NCBI RefSeq assembly: GCF_000015025.1
Contig: NC_008578.1
Span: 360,001 to 392,000 of the forward strand
Direction: 5' to 3'
Length of the DNA stretch: 32,000 bases
Source: Acidothermus cellulolyticus 11B
Lineage (GTDB): Bacteria; Actinomycetota; Actinomycetes; Acidothermales; Acidothermaceae
Numbering within the stretch: the stretch's first letter is position 1; every line of letters begins with the position of its first letter. Of this stretch, positions 27,451 through 32,000 are shown one piece after another. The position numbers were made by a program, and so were the translations under genes. Below the pieces are notes generated by a model, which was not told the origin of the DNA, made no database searches, and saw nothing but the letters and a program-made list of their open reading frames with translations.

Positions 27451-29742
27451 ATGTCGCTTGCTGAGCCGCTCTCCGTCCACCGGCCACGTGATCGTGACGT
27501 GGCTGACCTTCTCGACGATCTCAATCCGCAGCAGCGGGCGGCTGTCGTGCACAGCGGCGGGCCGCTCCTGGTGGTGGCAGGCGCGGGTTCGGGCAAGACC
27601 CGGGTGTTGACCCGCCGGATCGCCTACCTGCTGCGCGCCCGGGGGGTTGCGCCGTCCGAGATTCTCGCCATCACGTTCACGAACAAGGCGGCGGGCGAGA
27701 TGAAACGGCGCCTTGACGGCATGGTGGGCCGGCTGGCGCAGGCCATGTGGGTCATGACCTTTCACGCGGCCTGCGTGCGCATGCTCCGGGAAAATGCCAG
27801 GCGCATCGGCATCCGTTCGTCGTTCACCATCTACGACGCCGCGGACGCCGTCCGGTTGATGACCCTCGTCTGCCGCGAGCTCGACCTGGATCCGCGGCGG
27901 TATCCGCCCCGCAGTCTCAGCGCCCAGATCTCAAATCTCAAGAACGAACTCATCGACGAAGACGAGTACTCCCGTCGAGCCAGCACACACATGGAGAAGG
28001 CCATCGCTGCGGTGTACCGGCAGTATCAGCAGCGGTTGCGGCAGGCCGGGGCTTTCGATTTCGACGATCTCATCATGTCGACCGTGTCGATGCTCCAGGC
28101 ATTTCCGGAGATCGCCGCGCAGTATCGACGCCGGTTCCGCCACGTGCTCGTCGACGAGTACCAGGACACCAATCATGCCCAGTACGTGCTGCTCCGCGAG
28201 CTCGTCGGGCCTACGGTGCCGCGGTACGCGGTGGACGGCGAACCGCTGCAGCCCGACCGAGCGGGTGACGGCGCGCCGCCTGAACTCATGGTGGTCGGCG
28301 ATGCGGATCAGTCGATCTATGCCTTCCGCGGCGCGACGATCCGCAACATCATTGAATTTGAGCGGGATTTCCCCGATGCGACCGTCATCACCCTGGAACA
28401 GAACTACCGCTCGACACAAACGATTCTTCGGGCCGCCAACGCGGTGATCGAGAAGAACGCCGACCGCAGACCGAAGAAGCTCTGGACCGACGCCGGCGAC
28501 GGCGTACCGATCGTCGGATTCGTGGCCGACGACGAACACGGCGAGGCGGCGTTCGTCGCTGAAGAAATCGACCGGCTCGTCGACGAGGGCGCGGCGACGT
28601 TCAAAGACATCGCGGTTTTCTATCGAACGAACGCGCAATCGCGCGTCTTCGAGGAAGCGTTTCTTCGCGTCGGTCTGCCCTACAAGGTCGTGGGCGGCGT
28701 CCGGTTCTACGAACGCCGTGAGGTACGGGACATTCTCGCGTACCTTCGCGTGCTCGCGAATCCAGAGGACGTCCTGTCGCTGCGGCGAATCCTGAACGTG
28801 CCGCGCCGGGGGATCGGGGAGCGGGCGGAGGCGTGCATTGATGCCCTCGCCGTCCGGGAGCGGGTGTCGTTCGCCGAGGCGCTCCGTCGCTACGATGAAG
28901 CACCCGGTCTTGCGCCGCGTTCGGCATCGGCGGTTCAGCATTTCCTTTCCTTGCTGGACGAGCTGCGGGCTGTTGCCGAGTCGGCTCCCCCGGGGGACGT
29001 CGTCGAGGCTGTCATCGAACGGACCGGTTATCTCGCTGAACTCGCCGCCAGCGGCGATCCGCAGGATGAGTCACGCAGCGAGAACGTCCGCGAGCTCGTC
29101 ACCGTCGCCCGGGAATTTGAGGAGAACAATCCGGGCGGCCGGCTTACCGATTTTTTGGAACAGGTCTCACTCGTCTCCGACGCCGACGAAATCCCGGACG
29201 ACGCCGACGGCGACGGCGTCGTCACGCTGATGACGCTGCACACCGCCAAGGGCCTGGAATTTCCGGTCGTTTTCCTCACCGGTCTGGAAGAGGGCGTCTT
29301 TCCGCATCAGCGGTCGTTCGATGACCCCAAGCAGATGGCGGAGGAGCGGCGGCTTGCCTATGTCGGCATCACCCGGGCTCGGCAACGGCTGTATCTAACC
29401 CGGGCGGTGACCCGCGCCCTCTGGGGCGCGCCGCAGGTGTTCCCGCCGTCGCAGTTCGTCGCTGACATTCCGGAGGCGCTGGTGGATTGGCGCCGAGCGG
29501 ACTTCGGTGCGTCCGCTTCGTCGTCCGCGGTACGTGCGTCCGCTGCGTCCGCGGCACGACCGACGACCGCACCGGTAGTCACGTTGCATCCCGGTGATCG
29601 GGTCAACCATGACCGATTTGGCCTCGGAACGGTCATTGCAGTGACCGGTAGCGGTCCGCGGGCGCAGGCACAGGTCGATTTCGGGCCGCGTATTGGTGCC
29701 AAGACACTCGTTCTCGCGTACGCACCGTTGGAGAAGCTGTAA
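27451..29742 (+). CDS. pcrA: ATP-dependent DNA helicase PcrA/UvrD1 (SF1)
   Basis: Motif I is AGAGSGKT and motif II is VDEYQDTN. Also present are MVVGDADQSIYAFRGA, TLEQNYRST, VTLMTLHTAKGLEFPVVFL and the C-terminal Tudor-like GDRVNHDRFGLGTV. 763 aa. Confidence 0.9.
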   Translation: MSLAEPLSVHRPRDRDVADLLDDLNPQQRAAVVHSGGPLLVVAGAGSGKTRVLTRRIAYLLRARGVAPSEILAITFTNKAAGEMKRRLDGMVGRLAQAMWVMTFHAACVRMLRENARRIGIRSSFTIYDAADAVRLMTLVCRELDLDPRRYPPRSLSAQISNLKNELIDEDEYSRRASTHMEKAIAAVYRQYQQRLRQAGAFDFDDLIMSTVSMLQAFPEIAAQYRRRFRHVLVDEYQDTNHAQYVLLRELVGPTVPRYAVDGEPLQPDRAGDGAPPELMVVGDADQSIYAFRGATIRNIIEFERDFPDATVITLEQNYRSTQTILRAANAVIEKNADRRPKKLWTDAGDGVPIVGFVADDEHGEAAFVAEEIDRLVDEGAATFKDIAVFYRTNAQSRVFEEAFLRVGLPYKVVGGVRFYERREVRDILAYLRVLANPEDVLSLRRILNVPRRGIGERAEACIDALAVRERVSFAEALRRYDEAPGLAPRSASAVQHFLSLLDELRAVAESAPPGDVVEAVIERTGYLAELAASGDPQDESRSENVRELVTVAREFEENNPGGRLTDFLEQVSLVSDADEIPDDADGDGVVTLMTLHTAKGLEFPVVFLTGLEEGVFPHQRSFDDPKQMAEERRLAYVGITRARQRLYLTRAVTRALWGAPQVFPPSQFVADIPEALVDWRRADFGASASSSAVRASAASAARPTTAPVVTLHPGDRVNHDRFGLGTVIAVTGSGPRAQAQVDFGPRIGAKTLVLAYAPLEKL

Positions 29743-29833
29743 CCGGGGCGCTTTCGGCGGGTTTTACAACGGGATGCCGACACCTCGCCGTGGATCAGCA
29801 GTAACCGGGGCGATGCCGGCGGGGTTTTACAAC
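29739..29833. repeat. 32/33-nt direct repeat GTAACCGGGGCG-N5-GGCGG(G)GTTTTACAAC, 62-bp period; copy 1 holds the pcrA stop and copy 2 holds the stop of the convergent M23 gene
   Basis: Copies at 29739..29770 and 29801..29833. Only the central 5 nt and a 1-nt indel differ. Confidence 0.8.
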
Positions 29834-30702
29834 CGCACGCCGCGGGCGGCAAGGAACGGAACCGGATCGACAGGAACGCCGTCCACCCGGACTTCGAAAT
29901 GCAGATGCGGTCCGGTTGCGTCACCGGCGGCGCCCACCGTGGCGATTTCCTCGCCCGCATGCACGGTCTCGCCGACGTGCACGAGGATGCGGGACATGTG
30001 GCCGTACCAGGTCTGCGTGCCGTCGCTGTCGGCGATTTTTACCAGCCGGCCATAACCGGGGGCCGACCCGGCGAAAATGACGGTGCCGTCCGTCGCGGCG
30101 AGAATCGGTGAGCCGTAACGGCCGCCGAGGTCGACACCCGCGTGCAGCCGGCCCCATCGACGGCCAAATGGCGAGGTGATTGGCCCGTAATTCGGCCGGA
30201 CCCAGTGGGGGGCAGGAGGCGCTGGTGCTGGAGTTGGCGACGCGTTCGATCCCCCCTCATCGGCCGGTGCGGTGTCTGGTGCCGGGTTGTCCGGCTGATC
30301 GGCGGGTCCCGGCGTCTGGAGCGTGCCAGGGTCCGGAGCCGGTAGGCCGTCGACGAGGTGGTTCTTGTTGAGGAGGTCGGAGAAGAAATTCAGTCCGCTG
30401 AGAGTCGCGGTCGCCGGCGGTGCCGCGGACGTCGACGCGAGCCCGGTCTCCGAACCGCCGATGCCCGGTCGATTCGCGGCACGTGCGGCCCGCGCGGGGA
30501 GTCGGCGGACGACGGCGATTCCGCTGTCGGTTGCGCCGAAACTGTTACCGGGTGCCGCGGATGCGGTTGTTATGATCCGCGGCGCGGTATTGCCGATACC
30601 CGCTCCGATACCCGAGGCGTTGACCGCTGTGATGAACAGCACACAGCCGCCGATGGTGAATCGGCGACGACGAAACGACCTCGAAGGACGTGACGTGGGC
30701 AA
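29827..30702 (-). CDS. M23-family metallopeptidase (Rv0950c-like secreted or membrane-anchored)
   Basis: The C-terminal M23 domain has HAGVDL, YGHMS and [11 protein letters not shown] 30702 is preferred as the start (GGAGG 7 nt upstream, then [26 protein letters not shown] as signal or anchor). The track ORF start at 30765 is an alternative. Confidence 0.8.
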   Translation of the reverse strand: MPTSRPSRSFRRRRFTIGGCVLFITAVNASGIGAGIGNTAPRIITTASAAPGNSFGATDSGIAVVRRLPARAARAANRPGIGGSETGLASTSAAPPATATLSGLNFFSDLLNKNHLVDGLPAPDPGTLQTPGPADQPDNPAPDTAPADEGGSNASPTPAPAPPAPHWVRPNYGPITSPFGRRWGRLHAGVDLGGRYGSPILAATDGTVIFAGSAPGYGRLVKIADSDGTQTWYGHMSRILVHVGETVHAGEEIATVGAAGDATGPHLHFEVRVDGVPVDPVPFLAARGVRL

Positions 30703-30876
30703 AGCCGGGCCTCCGTTGGCGTTGTTGGGCGCTGCACGGTACGCGATGGCTCCCCGTCCGATCAAGGATCGGCCGCCAAGAGACTAGCGGTCGTGCGTGC
30801 GACGATGCAAATCGGGTCGGCCCAGTCGAGATATGCTCGAAAAGTCAGGTTTTTTCCGGAATCGTCCGGAGGCGCG

Positions 30877-31353
30877 ATGGCTGTGGACCGGCGGTGTCGC
30901 ATCGTCCTCGCTAAACCCGGGCTGGACGGGCACGATCGCGGCCTGAAAATTGTGGCGCGCGCCCTGCGTGACGCCGGATGTGAGGTTATTTACCTCGGGT
31001 TGCACCAATCGCCGGAAGCGATTGTTTCCGCGGCCGTCCAGGAAGACGCCGACGCAATCGGGCTCTCCATTCTCTCGGGCGCACATATGACGCTTTTCCC
31101 GCGGGTCCTCGAATTGCTTGCCGCGAAGAATGCGCGGGACATCATTGTTTTCGGCGGTGGGATTATTCCGGCCGACGACATCGCCCGCTTGAAAGCGATG
31201 GGCGTGGCCGCGCTTTTCCCGCCGGGGACGCCCACCCGCGACATCGTCGAGTGGGTCCACCAGCACGTGACGCCGCGGAGGCGGACGTTCGATCCGGACA
31301 GCAATGCGCCTGTGGTTCAGGACTCAGCGGAGCCGGACGCCGGCGGACCTTGA
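30877..31353 (+). CDS. stand-alone cobalamin (B12)-binding domain protein (methylmalonyl-CoA-mutase C-terminal-domain-like)
   Basis: ATG 30877 follows GGAGG. The motif is [27 protein letters not shown] (DxHxxG) ...GLSILSGAH...GGGIIP. 158 aa. Confidence 0.8.
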   Translation: MAVDRRCRIVLAKPGLDGHDRGLKIVARALRDAGCEVIYLGLHQSPEAIVSAAVQEDADAIGLSILSGAHMTLFPRVLELLAAKNARDIIVFGGGIIPADDIARLKAMGVAALFPPGTPTRDIVEWVHQHVTPRRRTFDPDSNAPVVQDSAEPDAGGP

Positions 31354-32000
31354 TTCTCGCCGTGATGCTCCGACTGGCCGCGGTCGGATCCGGGGTTCTC
31401 CGTACCGCCGGTCGGGCCGGACGACTCGGGTTTCTGGTTCTGCCTGTGCTCGTCCCCGGGATTTCCCGGCGAGCCGTGGTCACCGGGATTCCCGCTGTTT
31501 TCGCCGGTGTTGGCCGGCATGTGCTCCGGCGCGGTCTCCTTCCCTGCCAGAACCGTGTTGCAGTAGGCGGTGATGTGATCCGTGCTGTCGTCGCCGACCA
31601 GCGTCGTCAGCTGGCCGCGCAACCCGGATGGCGTGTGCCCGGCTTGTACCGCGGCCAGCCACGCCGTGCACAGTCCGGTGGCCGCCGGCGAAGGCACGGT
31701 GCCGCCGTGCGTTTCGCCAGGCCTTGACGGGGTGGGCGACGGTGACGAGGTTGCGCTGGATAGCGGGCTGGTCAGGCTCGGTGATGGTCCGCTCGGCGGC
31801 GTCGGAAAGCTCGATGCCGGATTCGGAGCGGGGGCGCCGATGACGCGATGCGCAACGCTCTGGAGGCTGGCAGGCAACGCGCTGGCGTACGCCGCCGTGA
31901 CGAGCGCAACCGCTGCGGTCGCCAGTCCACTGGTGGCTCCGACAAGCCGACGGGAGAAGCGGTGTGCCGGCCTGCCCGCCGGGTTCCGCTCCCGCCCCCG
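31317..32000 (-). CDS. secreted low-complexity protein, 5' end outside the window
   Basis: The reading frame stays open to the right window edge, upstream of track ORF 31317..31877. The in-window N-terminal part reads ..[29 protein letters not shown], a twin-arginine-like signal. A Pro/Ser-rich linker, a Cys-containing core and a Gly/Asn/Pro/Glu-rich tail follow. Confidence 0.45.
   Translation of the reverse strand, partial: RGRERNPAGRPAHRFSRRLVGATSGLATAAVALVTAAYASALPASLQSVAHRVIGAPAPNPASSFPTPPSGPSPSLTSPLSSATSSPSPTPSRPGETHGGTVPSPAATGLCTAWLAAVQAGHTPSGLRGQLTTLVGDDSTDHITAYCNTVLAGKETAPEHMPANTGENSGNPGDHGSPGNPGDEHRQNQKPESSGPTGGTENPGSDRGQSEHHGENQGPPASGSAES

Noticed and set aside
30703-30876. A possible c-di-AMP (ydaO-type) riboswitch in front of the M23 peptidase, because such leaders precede cell-wall hydrolases in actinobacteria and the leader contains GGACGGGGAGCC.
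   Set aside because: I could not find the other conserved ydaO blocks (for example the ACCCG-CAGCUAACC-like segment or the pseudo-symmetric second ACGGGG arm). The region is short. An Infernal scan would be needed to revive the idea.

Overview
This is a high-GC actinobacterial chromosomal segment, called by eye from motifs and Shine-Dalgarno (SD) sites only, with no searches run. It is almost entirely core genes, in an order that resembles Mycobacterium and Streptomyces. Left to right: an MMPL transporter 3' end; a class F sortase with a CHRD-like surface protein, divergent from an ECF sigma / zinc anti-sigma (RskA-like) pair; a three-gene sugar ABC importer; and a 650-bp gene-free gap. Next come alr, a family-4 UDG, tsaE, tsaB, rimI, tsaD, a small ABM-like protein, CIRCE-controlled groES-groEL1, an Ala-rich helical-repeat protein and an orphan atypical LuxR-type response regulator (BldM-like position). 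These are followed by guaB, a GuaB3-like paralog, murA (Asp at the fosfomycin-target position), a Gfo/Idh/MocA oxidoreductase, a small AroQ chorismate mutase and guaA. The right end holds a secreted GH10 xylanase, a hypothetical protein, a PIG-L deacetylase, pcrA/uvrD1, an M23 peptidase, a stand-alone B12-binding-domain protein and a partial secreted protein. I saw no rRNA, tRNA, CRISPR array or IS element. The most interesting signal is a candidate ribosome-mediated attenuator upstream of the chorismate mutase: a 24-codon leader ORF with the run Phe-Tyr-Phe-Tyr, followed by mutually exclusive pause, antiterminator and terminator helices. Secondary observations are degenerate 15/31-bp tandem repeats and CGAAA-N-TTTCG boxes upstream of the xylanase; three intergenic direct repeats that each start on a gene's stop codon; LacI-type operator-like sites in the long gap; a recurrent leaderless-type promoter geometry (-10 hexamer, 6 nt, start codon); and dual CIRCE operators. 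Several six-frame ORFs were shortened to SD-supported starts.
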